Assembly: GCF_009914755.1 (NCBI RefSeq)
Contig: NC_060928.1
Strand: one strand, 5' to 3'
From: the human T2T-CHM13v2.0 reference genome, Homo sapiens
DNA: 64,000 bases
Shown here piece by piece: positions 27,563-43,460 of this stretch. Made by a program: the position numbers and the translations under genes. Each line of letters begins with the position of its first letter. Position 1 is the stretch's first letter. The notes under the pieces were generated by a model. That model had not been told where the DNA came from. It saw only the letters and a list, made by a program, of their open reading frames with translations, and ran no database searches.

Positions 27563-27924
27563 ACAATGAGAACAATTGGACACAGGGTGGGGAACATCAC
27601 AAACTAGGGTCTGTCGTGGTGTCGGGGAAGTGGGGAGGGATAGTATTAGGAGATATACTTAATGTAAATGACAAGTTAACGGGTGCAGCACACCAACATG
27701 GCACATGTATACATATGTAACAAACCTGCACATTGTGCACATGTACCCCAGAACTTAAAGTATAATAATAAAAATAAATAAATAAGATTGCTAGTCAAAA
27801 AAAAAAGAAAGCAGTAACTATGAAAAGTAATAATAATAATGATAATAGTGGAAGGAAAAGGAATAGGGCATACAGAGATCAGGAGAGAGGACTATAAAAT
27901 AAAGTAGTCAAAGTAGACATAACT

Positions 27925-28067
27925 GGTTGAGCACAGTGGCTCAGGCCAGTAATCCCAGAACTTTGGGAGGCCAAGGCAGGAGGACTGCATGAGCCCAGGA
28001 GTTCAAGACTTCAGTGGACTCCAGCCTGGCAATAGAGCAAGACCATATCTTTAAAAAAATAAAAATT
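27925..28067 (+). mobile_element. Free Alu monomer (FLAM/FAM-like)
   Basis: Single ~130-bp Alu arm with A tail; TSD aaagtagacataact (27910-27924) / agagtagacgtaact (28398-28412). Confidence 0.75.
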
Positions 28068-28068
28068 A

Positions 28069-29950
<1,882 letters not shown>

Positions 29951-31089
29951 ATTCAAAATGAATCTTAGTTTCCTTACTTAAGTTTCCCAGAGTGGCAGGA
30001 GGAGTATAGATTCTCCATGATGAGTAAGGATTTGTATTACAATATGAAATTATCATATAGGTAAGATGACTTAATTTTGAAGGCAGAAAGCGATCAAACC
30101 ATTACTAAAGCTTAAGTGACAAGTTGTAAGACTGGGATATATGGATTTCAGTGTGGTCACTATGTGAGTCTACTTCAAAGAAGAAGAGACTGGGACTATA
30201 GGCTTGTAAAAGTAATAGAAGTTTGTATTAATACATTCTTTGTAAACTGGAAAAAAAAACCATTATCTTGAAAGGTCTAATAAAAGACATCAACCGAAAG
30301 GTAGAGGAGGCTGGATCCCATATATCTATCAGACTAGATTTAGTCTAAGCTCTAGGGGAAAAAATGCTTAATTTTTTTCCTTTAAACTAGTTTTAAGAAA
30401 CTTTAGGAGTCAGGTATAGGAAAATGCACACTTGGAGGGTAAACTTGCCCATTCATCAGAAAAAAAACCTTCTCCATCTCAGATCAGTGGCACTGAGTCC
30501 TGTTGTACTTTAATAATATACCTATTGGTACAATAACAACAACCTTTCATTTGAATAGAATTTTACAATTTATATTAAACGGAAATCACATTGAAAAGAG
30601 CCTCACAAATACAGGAAAGACTGAAATCTGGCCCCTGGGAAGGCATCTGGCTACATAGAAGCTTATACGCCATCAGCACTGTCCTGTATTCTCTTCATTT
30701 TTATTTAATCACACCCCAAAGATAAGAAATTAAGGGTAAAATAAGTAGCAACAGATCTTAAACCTATCAAAAGACATCAGTTTTTGTGAAATATGGCTGA
30801 ATACATAAAGTTAAAACTAAAGGTCCAAATGCCCTTCCTGCCACCTTTGATAAATCAATTGATGATGTTCATTTGGAGCTTATCTTAGACTACTTTCTAT
30901 TGAAGCTATTTTTTTCTGTGTCTCAGCTAAACCCAAATGAGGACTGACGCTCAGGCCTTTTCTGATGAACTGGGAGGCTATGATCTCTCAGGGCCTTGTA
31001 AACAACAGCTGATATGCACAAGGGTAAGGGAGCCTGTAAAGCAGAAATTCCCCTCTGGTAAGAGGGAGAGGACATGTGAAAAACCAGGA

Positions 31090-31300
31090 GGTGAATATTT
31101 AGAGTATTTACTCTGTATCATGCACTGTGCTGGGAACTTGGTATATATAAGGAAGTAAAAATCCACATGGTCCTTGCCCTCACAGAGCTTACTGTCCGGT
31201 GGGGGCTGGAAGAAGACAGACATTAAATCAAATTGTCCCATAGGTAAATGCAAACAGAAATGGAGCAGGTATGTGTAATGGCAAGGATGAAATTATGCTT
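31090..31300 (-). mobile_element. L2 3' fragment
   Basis: cactgtgctgggaac...catggtccttgccctcacagagcttactgtc. Confidence 0.65.
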
Positions 31301-31549
31301 TCAGAATGGGTAGCTAAAGCGGAACAAAGGATAGGTCACTGTAAATGAAGTGGTCAAGGAATATCCTGGCCCGTGTGTTGGAGAAATCCATGTAGGTGTT
31401 AGAATTGCCCAGGAGGGAATAACTGGATATCAGAGATGACAAAAAATGAGAGGGTATACTGGGGGGAAAACTGCATGTGGGAGGAGTGAATGGTATGGTC
31501 AAATGGAACAGAGCTCTCAAAGAAAGGTCTTGTACAGGAAGGACTTGCT

Positions 31550-31783
31550 TAGTGGAGATCTCTGGCATGGATTCAAATTCTGACTCTCAACCTTCAAATG
31601 TATGACACTGGGCAAATTTCTTAAGCTCTATGTTTCTGTTTATTAATCTATAAAATGAAGATAATAATAGTACTTATCTCATGGGGTTGTTTTGTGGAAT
31701 TAGACAAGTAAACACCTAAAATTACTTAGAATACTGCCAGGGATGTAGTTAGTGTACAGTTAGTATTAGCTGTTATTATTATT
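31550..31783 (+). mobile_element. MIR
   Basis: tgacactgggcaaatttcttaagctctatgtttctg...tctataaaatgaagataataatagtacttatctcatggggttgtt; (TAT)n tail. Confidence 0.85.
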
Positions 31784-33034
31784 AAGATAGAGTGAAAAGC
31801 ACATGAAAAGCCCCTGAGGCTTAGTCAAAGAACACAAACCAGGCCGGTGTGACTTGAAATAAGTGAGCAAGAGTTTAACAGTCTTTGCGAGGAGATGGGC
31901 ATCAAGTCTAGTGACCACAGGACTTGTCTTTCTTGCCTGTGTAATGGCAGGTGCAAGATTGCACACACTGGAGACTGTTGATTGTAGATATCATAGACTC
32001 CCATGTTCTGAAAGTCTGGGCCTATTCTCCAGCCTGGAACAAGGGTTGTTGGACTTCTAAATAGCAAAGGGCATGATGATGCATGGGTCACTAACTCGAC
32101 AGTTTAGGTACCAGGTGAAAAGAATGTCATGATACATAATTAGTGAGAGGGATATGCTTTCCATTAAGGTATGAAAAACAATAACATTCTGGCTCAGTGA
32201 GGCCTGGAGGGAACACAGCATATTTGATACCTGTAGAGTTATGCAGATTTGGACTACCAGGAAACACACTGGAGCAATTTCATGGAGAAGACAAGACGCA
32301 GGAAATAGCACTGTAGCCTTAAGCTTTCCTCAGGCATTTGAAGACATGAGGCAAGCAGGAACGATCCTGTACATGAGAATCTACAAGAGTCTTTCTAGGG
32401 ACTCCTAGGAAAATACTGATAGGTATGGAACTCCTTACAGCCAAATCAGTTAGTTATAATTAGGGGAAATTTGGATATTAACATTAATGTGATTTCATTC
32501 ATATGTATAGGTTAATGATGACTGAGGACATTTGGATTATATATGCTTATTATTTTTCAAAATAAAATGCAACCACCTAGAGGGAAGGGACTGTGTCCTC
32601 CCCCCAAATTCTTAACAAATCATAATAAATATTAGTTGATGATGATTAGAGTCCTTTCAATAGAATAAAAACTTTTGACAGAATCAAAAGAGGCAATAAT
32701 TCCATATTTTAGAAGTAAAGAATCACTCAGTTTTACTCTGCTTCAAAATTTGGACAAGTGTCGCAAGAAGAGAAAACTTTTTATAGGATAGCACAGTAAT
32801 TCATATTTGAATAACTTAATGACAATGACTGGTTACATTGAACCTATTAGCTTAAGTATGATACAGAAAGGCAACATGATGAACCGTTTATTTTCAAAAG
32901 ATTCCTCTCAAATGGCATGGTATACAGAGGGAAAAACACCATTCTAGGGGTAGAGATCATAGATCCTGATTCTGCCACATGGCCAAAGTTATAATATTTG
33001 GGCATACCCCTTAAATTTTAAAATAATACCAATG

Positions 33035-33250
33035 ATAATAATTACAAATCTCAATTATTTGAGACTATTTACTATGTCAGTAACTGTTCTAGGGGCTTGG
33101 CATGTATGAACTCATATGATCTTCCTAGTAACTCTAAGAAATAGGCACTCTTATTATTTCCATTTAAAGAAGAGGACCCTGAAAAACAGAGTAAAATTCA
33201 CAAGGTCACACCAATTTTAAGTGGCAAAGCCACATTAAGAATTCAAGGAG
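33035..33250 (-). mobile_element. MIR
   Basis: ttactatgtcagtaactgttctagggg...ttattatttccattt...caaggtcacac. Confidence 0.75.
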
Positions 33251-33259
33251 TTCCTCCTT

Positions 33260-33500
33260 CTTTTTCTTTCCTTCCCTTTCTGAACAAGTCAGATCTAAAG
33301 CCATTAGGTGAAACTGAGTATGGTAGACATCTGCACCAGGCAGGGAGAGCCACAGTATCTCTGGCCTGGGATGATGGAGTGCAGAGTCTGAGCAGGACAA
33401 GGAGGGGTCTCCAACCAGGGACAGCCTGGTGCAGTGAGTTAGGTCCCAAGTTGGGTGAGGAAGGCAGCCATGCATAGGGAGCCCAAGACAGGGGCCCAAG
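33260..33500 (+). mobile_element. Possible old L1M (L1MC4/5-type) GC-rich 3' UTR fragment
   Basis: Degenerate repeats of gcagagtctgagcaggacaaggagggg / cccaagttgggtgaggaaggcagcc; recalled similarity only. Confidence 0.35.
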
Positions 33501-36500
33501 AGATTATACCAAAGCTCTTATATTAAATAATGTGTCATATGCCCAGACCTTTAGTAGAAACTGCCACCAGGAAACAAGATAATACCCAGAAAAATTAAGT
33601 GTGAATACACATGTAGACAATATATGAAGTACAAAGAGCAACTCATTTGCAATGAAAAGCCATTGTCCAATATTAAAGGATGATCTTATATGACTACTGA
33701 CATGTAAAATGTTTTCTCTTCAAACATCATAAGCATTGTTAATTAATATGCCATGGGTAGATCCACATAACATCACTCTGATTTACCAATTGTGCATTTT
33801 TTTTAGTTTTTTTCTTTTTAATTTTTGTGAGTACACAGTAGGTGTATATATTTATGGGGTACATGAGATATTTTGGTGCAGGGATGCAATGCATAATAAA
33901 CAATCCAATTACACTTTTTAAAGTTATTTTTAAATACACACTTAAATTATTATTGACTATAGCCCCCTGTTGTGCTATCAAATACTAGGTCTTATTTATT
34001 TTTTCTTTGTTTTTGTACCCATTAATCATCCCCATCTCCTCCACACCTTCCCATTACCCTACCTAGCCTCTAGTAACCAGCCTTCTATTCTCTATCTCCA
34101 TGAGTTCAACTGTTTTGATTTTTAGATCCCATAAATAAGTGAGAACACGCAATATTGGTATTTCTGTGCCTGGTTTATTTCACTTATCATAATGACTTCC
34201 AGTTCCGTGTTATTGCAAATGACAGGATCTCATTCTTTCTTATAGTTGAATACTACTCCATTGTGTATAAGTACCACATTTTCTTTAGGCATTCATCCAT
34301 TGATGGACACTTAGATTGCTTCCAAATTTTGGCAATTGTTAATACTACTTCAATAAACATGGGAGTGCAGTTACCTCTTTGATATATTTATTTCCTTTAT
34401 TTTGGGTATGTACCCAGCAGTGGGAATGCTGGATCCTATAGTAACTCTATTTTTAGATTTTTGAGGAACTTCCACACTGTTGTCCTTAGTGGTTTTCCTA
34501 ATTTACCTTCCCACAAATAGTGTACAAGGGTTCCTTAGCTCATCCTTGCTAGTGTTTGTTATTGCCTGTCTTTGGATATAAGCCATTTTAATTGGGGTGA
34601 GACGATATCTCATTGCAGTTCTGACTTGCATTTCTCTGATGATCAGTGGTATTGAGCACCTTTTCCTATGCCTGTTTGCCATTTGTATGTCTTCTTTGGA
34701 GAAATGGCTATTCAATTTTTTTGCCCATTTTTTATTAGATTATTAGATTTTTTCCTAGACAGTTGTTTGAACACCTTCTATATTTTGGTTATTAATCCCT
34801 TGTCAGGTGGATAGTTCGCAAATATTTTCTCCCATTCTGTGGGTTGTTTGCACTTTGTTGATTGTTTCCATTGCTGTGCAGAAGCTTTTTAACTTAATGT
34901 GATCCCATTTATCAATTTTTGCTTTGGTTGCCTATGCTTGTGGAGTATTACTCAATAACTTTTTGCCCAGACCAATGTCTTAGAGATTTTCCCCCAATGT
35001 TTTCTTGTAGTAGTTTCATAGTTTGAGGGCTTATATTTAAGTCTTTAATCTATCTAGATTTTATTTTTGTATAGAGCAAGTAATAGGGGTCTAGTTTTAT
35101 TCTTCTGCATATGGATAACCAGTTTTCTCAGCACCATTTATTAAACAGACTGTCTTTTTCCCAGTGTATGTTCTTGGCTTGTCAAAAATGAGTTCACTGT
35201 AGGTGTGTGGATTTCTTTCTGAGTTTTCAATTCTGTTCCATTGGTCTATGTGTCTGTTTTCATGACAGTACCATGTTCTTTTGGTTACCATAGCTCTTTG
35301 GTATATTTTGAAGTCATGTAATGTGATTCTTCCAGTTTTGTTTTTTTTTTTTGTTTTTTGTTTTTTTTTTTTTTTTTTTTTGCTTTTTGCTTAGGACAGC
35401 TTTGGCTATTCTGGGTCTTCTGTGATTCCATAAAAATTTTAGGATCCAAAAAAAATTTATGTGAAGAATGTCATTGGTATTTTGACAGGAATTGCATTGA
35501 ATCTGTAGATTGCTTTGGGTAGTATGGACATTTTAAAAATAGTGATTCTTTCAATGCATTAACATGGAGTATCTTTCCTTTTTTTGGGGGGGTGGTTTTC
35601 TTCAATTTTTCTCATCAGTGTTTTATAGTTTTCATTATAGAGATCTCTTTACTTCTCTGGTTAAATTAATTCCTAGGTATTTAATTTTATGTGTGGCTAT
35701 TATAAATGGAATTGCTTTTTATGTCTTTTTTGGATTGTTCACTGTTGACATATAGAAATGCTACTACATTTTATATGTTGACTTTGTATCCTGCAACTTA
35801 ACTGAAATTTGTTTTTCAGTTGTAATAGTTTTTTGGTGAAGTCTGTAGGCTTTTCCAAATATAAGATCACATCATCTGCAAATAAAGATAATTTGATTTC
35901 TTCCTTTCCAATTTGGATGTTCTTTATTTCTTCCTCTTGTCTGATTGCTCTAGCTAGAATTTCTAATGCCATGTTGAATAACAGTGGTGAAAGTAGGCAT
36001 CCTTGTCATGTTCCAGGTCTTAGAGAAAAGGGTTTCAGGTTTTCCCCTTTCAATATGATACTAGCTGTGAGTCTGTCATAAACGGCTTTTATTATGTTGA
36101 GGTATGCTCCTTCTGTACCCAATTATTGGAGGTTTTTTATCATGAAGGGATGTTGAATTTTATGAAATTCTTTTTTAGAATCAATTGAAATGGTCATATG
36201 GTTTTGTCCTTCATTTTGTTGATATGATGTATCACACTGGTTGATTTGCATATGTTGAACCATCCTTGAATCCCTGGGATAAGTTCCACTTGGTCATGAT
36301 GAATAATCATTACAACTTATTTTTTAATTCAATTTTCCAGTATTTTTTGAGGATTTTTGCATCAATATTCATCAGAGATATTGGCCTGAAGTTTTCTTTT
36401 TTTTTTTAATGTGTCTTTGGTTTTGGTATCAGGGTAATACTGTCTTCATATAATAAATTTGGAAACATGTTCTTCTTATTTTTCATAACAGTTTGAGTAG

Positions 36501-39500
36501 AATTGGTATTTTTTTTAATGTTTGGTATAATTCAGCAGTGAAGCCATTGAGTCCCAGGCTTTTCATTACTGGTAGATATTTTATTATGGCTTTATTCTAG
36601 CTACTTCCTATTGGTCTGTTCAGGTATTGAATTTCTTCATGGTTCAACCTTGGTAGGTTGTATGTTTCTAGGAATGTATCCATTTCTTCTAAATTTTCCA
36701 ATTCATTGGCATATAGTTGTTCATAGTAGTCACTAACAATCCTTTGAATTTCTGTGGTATTAGTTGTAATGTTTCCTTTTTCATCACTGATTTTATTAAT
36801 ATTTATTTGCATCTTCTCTCTTTTTTGTAGTTAGTTTGGCTAAGGGTTTGTTGATTTTCTTTATCTTTGCAAAAAAACTTTTTGTTTCATTGATCTTTTG
36901 TATTGTTTTCTTCATTTCAAATTCATTTATTTCTGCTCTGACCATCATTATTTCTTTTCTTCTCCTAATTTTGAGTTTGGTTTGCTCTTGGTTTTCTAAT
37001 TTTTAAAGGTATATTATTGGATATTTATTTGAAGTTTTTCTTCTTTTTGATGCAGGTTCTTATAGCTATAAATTTCCCTCCTTAGTATTGGTTTTGCTGT
37101 ATCCTATAGGTTTTTTATGTTGAGTTTCCATTACTAACTGTTTCAAGAAATATTTCAATTTTCTTCTGAATTCCTTCATTGGCCCACTAGTCATTAAGAG
37201 GCATATTGTTTAATTTCCATGTGTTTGTATAGTTTCCAAAATTCCTCTAGTTATTGATATCTAGTTTTATTCTATTGTGGGAAGAGAAGATGCTTGATGT
37301 TATTTCAGTTTTTTGGAATGCTTTGAGAGTTGTTTTGTGACGTAACATATGGTCTCTCCTTGGGATGGGTCCATATGCTGAAGAAAATAATGTGTGTTCT
37401 GTAGCCATTGGATGAAATGTTCTGTAAATATCTACTAGTTCATTTTTTTCTATAGTGCAAATCAAGTTTGAGCTTTCTTTGTTTATTTTCTGTTTGTGAG
37501 ATCTATCCAGTGCTGAATCTGGGGTGTTGAGGTCTCCAGCTGTTATTGTATTGGAGCCTATCTCTCTCTTTAGCTCCAATAATATTTGCTTTATCTATCT
37601 GGGTGCTCCAGTTTGGATGCATATATATTTACAATCATGATATCCTCTTGCTAAATTAATTCCTTTGTCATAATGTAGTGACCTTCTTTGTCGCTTCTTA
37701 CAGTTTTTGTCTTGAAATTTGTTTTGTCTTGATATCTATTTCATCTGATATAGGTATAGCTACTCCTGCTCTTTTTTTGTTTGTTTGTTTCCATTGGCAT
37801 GGAATATCTCTTTCCATCCCTGAAATACATATTTTCAGCCTGTGTGTATCTTGACAGGTGAAGTATGTTTCTTATAGACAATGGATCATTGAGTCTTGTT
37901 TTTTCATCCATTCAGCCGCTTTATGTCTTTTGATTGTAGAGTTAACTCAGTTTGCATTCAATGTTATTATTGATAAGTAGGGACTTATTCCTGCCATTTT
38001 GTTATTTGTTTTTTAGGTTGTTTTTCAGTCTTTTCTGTTTCCTTCACCACCTGTCCTCCTTTCAATGAAGGTGATTTTCACCGGTGGTATTATTTCTTGC
38101 TTTTTATTTTTTGTGTATCTATTGTATATTTTTCAATTTTAGGTTACCAGAGGCCATGCAAATACTCTCTTATAACCCATTATTTTAAACTGATGACACC
38201 TTAACATTGATTGCATATAGAAACAAACAAACATGCAAAAAAAATTAAAAACTCTACACTTTAATTTTGTCCCTTTTTTTAACTTTTGGCTGTTTTTCTT
38301 TATGTCTTACCGTACTAAGTCTTAAAAAGTGGTTGTAGTTACTATTTTTGTTTGGTTCATCATTTGGTATTTCTACTTAAGACAAGAATAGCTTACACAC
38401 AGCAGTTGGTGTGTTATACTATTCTGTTATTCTGTGTGCTTGAGTTTTGTACCTTCAGACGATTTTTTCTTGCTCTTTAACATCCTTTTCTTTAGGATTA
38501 AAGAATTCCCCTTTGTGTTTCCTGTAGGGTACATTTGGTATTGATGAAATCCCTCAGCTTTTATCTATCTGGGACAGTTTTTATTTCTTCTTCATGCCTG
38601 AAGGATATTTTCACCAAATATACTAATCTAGGGTAAAAGTTTTTTGTTTCTGTTTTTCTTTCTAACTTTAGCACTTTAAATATGTCATGCCACTCTCTCC
38701 TGGCCTGTAAGTTTTCCAGTGAAAAGTCTGCTGCCAGACATATTGTAGCTCCATTGTATGTTATCTGTTTCTTTTCTCTTGATACTTTTGGGATCCTTTA
38801 TCCTTGACCTTTGGGAGTTTGATTTTCAAACTCCTAGAGTTAGTCTTCTATGGGTTAAATCTGCTTGGTGTTCTATAATCTTCTTATATGTGAATGTTGA
38901 TATCTTTCTCTAGGTTTGGGAAGTTCTCTGATATTATTCCTTAGAATAAACTTTCTATTCCTATCTCTTCCCCTACCTCTCTTTAAAGCCAATAATTCTT
39001 ATATTTGTCCTTTTGAGGCTATTTTCTACATCTCGTAGGTATGCTTTATTGTTTTTTATTCTTTTATCTTTTGTCTCCTCTGACTGTGTATTTTCAAATA
39101 GTCTGTCTTCAAGCTCACTAATTCCTTCTTCTGCTTGATCAATTCTGCTACTAAGAGACTCTGATTCATTCTTCTGCATGTCAATTCCATTTACCAACTC
39201 TAGAATTTGTTTGATTCTTTTAGGTTATTTCAATCTCTGTTACATTTATCTGACAGAATTCTGAATTCATTCTCTATGTTATCTTGAATTGAGTTTCCTC
39301 AAAGCACCTATTTTGAATTCTCTGTCTGAAAGGTCATAGATCTCTGTTTATCCTGGATTGGTCTCTGGTGTCTTATTTAGTTTATTTGGCAAGGCCATAT
39401 TTTCCTATATGGTGTTGATGCTTGAAGATATTCTTCAGTGTCTGGGCATTGAAGAGTTGGGTATCTATTGTAGTCTTCACAGTCTGGGCTGCCATTTTGG

Positions 39501-39673
39501 GAAAGGCTTTCCAGGTATTCAAAGAGACTTGGACAATTAGCCCAATAATGCTGTGATTTTTGCATACTCATAGAAGTATCACCTTGGTGGACTTGGATAA
39601 GATCCAGAAGAATTCTCTGGGTTACCAGGCAGAGACTCTTGTTCACTTCCCTTACTTTCTCCCAAGCAAACAG

Positions 39674-39675
<2 letters not shown>

Positions 39676-39722
<47 letters not shown>
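39676..39722. repeat. (TC)n microsatellite
   Basis: Pure TC run inside the L1MA 5' UTR. Confidence 0.97.
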
Positions 39723-39732
<10 letters not shown>

Positions 39733-40124
39733 GTTCTGAGCCACCTGATGCTGGAGGTAGACTGACACAAGCATCCCTGTGATCACTACCACTATGACTG
39801 TGCTGAGTCAGACCTGAAGCCAACACAGCACTTGATCTTGCTCAAGGCCCTTCTCTTCAGGGCATCAAGTTCTTCCAGGCCCTGGGTGTGTCCAGAGATG
39901 CTATCTGTGTGTCCAGAGATGTTATTTGGAGTCCAGAGCTTGGAATCAAAAACCTTAGCATTTTACTTGACATTCTATTGTATTGTGGCTAAGCTGGCAC
40001 CCACACCATAGTACAAAGTCCTTCCCACTCTTCCCTCCAGTTTCCACAGGCAGAGGATCCTCTCCCTGTTGCCACCACCACCACCAATCCACTGGGGTTC
40101 TGTTCACTTAAAGCCCAAAAGCTC

Positions 40125-40441
<317 letters not shown>

Positions 40442-42295
40442 TCAGGTTGTAGTGAATGTTCCCAGGCCTGGGCTCACCCTTCAGGGCAGTGGGCTCCCCT
40501 TTGGCCAAGGGAAGATTCAGAAATGCTGTCCAAGAGCCTAGGCCTGGACTCATAGACCCCAAGAGCCTGCTTGTTGCTCTATCCTACTGTGGCCAAGCTG
40601 GCACCTAAGGTACAAGACAAAGTCCCTTTTACTTTTCCCTCTGCTTTTCTCAAACAGAAAGAGTCTTTCACCATAGACACCACAGCTGGGAATGTTCTGG
40701 GTCACTCCTGAAGCCAGCATGTCTCAGAGTCCAAGGCTCACAGTGTACTCCCTGGTATCACTGCTGGTTATTCAAGGCCCAAGAGCTTTTTAGTCAGCAG
40801 GTGATAAATCTTGAAAAGACTGGATCCTTCCCTTCAAGGCAGCAGATTCCCTTTTGGTCCAGGGTGTGGCTAGAAATGACATCCAGGAACTAGAACCTGG
40901 AACAGGGACCTCACAACTCTGCCCAGTGCCCTATCTTACAGTGCCTGAGCTGGTATCCAAGATGCAAGACAAAGCCCTCTTTACTCGTCACTTTCCTCTC
41001 TTTAAGCAGAAAGGATTCACTTTCATTGTTGCAAACTACACTGCCTGGGATTGGGGGAGAGATGGTGTAAGCACTCCCTTGGCTGTGCCAGTTGGTGTCT
41101 CCCTGTCACGTGCCACCTTAGTCCACTGTCTCTAAGCTCAGCCTGGCACTAGAAGCTGTTTAGGAATTCCAGTCCTTGTGTCCTAGGCTGCATTTTAAGT
41201 TTACCTAGGACCCCAGGGCACTTCAGCTCATGGTGGCGAGTCTTGCCAAGAAACTCAAGTACTGACCACTGGGATGGGCTATTCCCCTCTGGCTAGGTAA
41301 GCTCCAAGTGCTCCCTTTGTGCACAGGTGCAGGCTATGCACTGCATGGCTTTATTCTCCACTGTGACAGGGCAACACTGAGTTCATTGTAAAATCCCCTA
41401 GTCACTGCACTCTCCTTCCTTAAAATGCACAGGATTATCTCTTCCTGTAGCAGTGCCTCTTCTGGGAGATGGGGGTGAGTGATACTGGCGATTCAAGACT
41501 CTCTCTCTCTCCTGCCCAGCTCAGTGCTTTTTTTAGTGATATGAAATTAAAATCAGGTACTGTGATTGCTCATCTGGTTTTTGGTTCTTCAGATGGTGCT
41601 TTTCTGTATGCAGATACTTGTTAAAATTTGGTGTTCCAGCAGGGGGTTAGGGGGATGAATGGTGTAGGCTTCTATTCTGCCATCTTGCTCTGCCCATTTT
41701 CATCTGTGTGTGTTTTTTAAAGATATTTAGATAGGTATAAAATATTTAAACATATTTTATCATGATATTTTATTTGTTTACCATATAAAATTCTTCATAT
41801 AAATTTATTGGTATTGTTATGCTGTTAAGGATTTCAATGTCTACATTGATGTGAAAAGTGTGGGGTTACTATGCAATATTTATCTATTACAAACAAAAAC
41901 ATTCAGAAATAAATATATTAATTTGCCTTACACATATTTACCAATGAATCAGTACTGTGAGGAATATTCTGATTATAAAACAGGCATAAAAATATAGTTA
42001 TGCTAAAATGAGCCAACTATTTCAAAATGATAAAAATCTTATCTGAAAATACTGTTCACTTTCCAAAAATACATTTGGGATAGACTTGGAATTTGAAACA
42101 ACCAAATTTGAAACTTCAAAGTTTATCATCATATAAATTTCTTTGTAGGTCAGAAACATAAATACATTATGTAAAGTTGTTAATAGTATTTTTCCAGATA
42201 GATCGCTGTCATAACACACTTCACGCTGCTGTTTTTGAGGTTGTATACATCGATTACAGACTACATTGAAAAGTGTAAAAACAGCGACAACTTTC

Positions 42296-42375
42296 TCCTT
42301 AGGGACAGAAAATAGTCAGATATGACCCAAAAAGGCTCTATTGGGTCATAACCGCCTCTTTTCAGTCCCTGAGGA
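42296..42375. repeat. 80-bp inverted repeat (35-bp stem, 10-nt loop)
   Basis: 29 of 35 positions Watson-Crick with no bulges; perfect inner 10 bp tatgacccaa/ttgggtcata. Confidence 0.9.
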
Positions 42376-43420
42376 TAACTTTAATTTGGAACAATTTTTT
42401 TAAGTAAATTCTAGAAAAAAATCAAAGAGGCAGAGTAGGTAGATTAAGATAATTCCCAAGAAGAGAAAAGGTAATATTAGACACTTCATCTCAAAAGGTA
42501 ACATCAGCTGATAAATGTGATTATCTGAAAATGTGAGTAGCCTTTTATATAGAATAGTGAGAAGGTAGACCTTTTGATGACATGAATGGCTATGCAAAAA
42601 CAGAACAGTAATTTAAGATATTTTTACTAAAACTATAGATCAACAAATTCTAGTGATTTCCAAAGTCCCATCTAGCTAAAAGACTTTCATGATCAGCCCT
42701 CTTCAAAGTCATTTGGAACGGAGATCTAATTGGATGTTCTATTTAGAGACTGTGCTATTGAACTACACTTTTGTCAACATCAAATAGGCATAGTAACATA
42801 ATTCAACAAGCAAGGAGGTAATGGAATGGAATTAAACAAAGGAAAACATACACCCACAACAGTGAACTTAGCGTTGGAGGGCTTCAACTGCATTTTTTTA
42901 AAATTTCGAACTAAACACAAAATGTCCAGCATAGTCTTCTCAGCAAGTACATTATTTGTTGGAAGACAGAATGCTGTTTTAATGCATTCTGATTCCTTAT
43001 TTTGTTACATAATAATTTGCTTAAAAAGCAACACATTGTGAGCTTGGGAGCTGTTAGGCTTTTATTTACCATGGTAGGTTAATCTCATTCAGTGAGGTAT
43101 AGAAACTCAATAATGAGTGCTACAGTATATAAGCTAATTGCTAGGATAAAACCAAATGAATAATTACTTAACTCCAGAATGAGGCCTGTGGGAATTTTTC
43201 TTTAATAAAGGTTTAATTCACCAGTGATAATGAATGCAATCTCACATACTACTGAATAACACCATTAGCATAATGGCTGTGATACAAAAACTATAATTAG
43301 AACTAAACAGAAACGTTAATTACAGCCACCAAGGTACTGAATGAAATACTGTTGTTTAAAAAATTGACCTGCTTTGCTGTCACGCATTATGGGCTCAAGG
43401 ATATCTCTATAATTCAATAC

Positions 43421-43460
43421 ATATATGTGTGTGTGTATATATATACACACACACATATAT
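43421..43460. repeat. Compound (AT)(GT)(AT)(AC)(AT) microsatellite forming a perfect 40-bp palindrome
   Basis: atatatgtgtgtgtgtatatatatacacacacacatatat equals its reverse complement. Confidence 0.95.

Noticed and set aside
39377-39826. 149-aa ORF with an ER repeat
   Set aside because: Translation of the (TC)n microsatellite and L1MA 5' UTR
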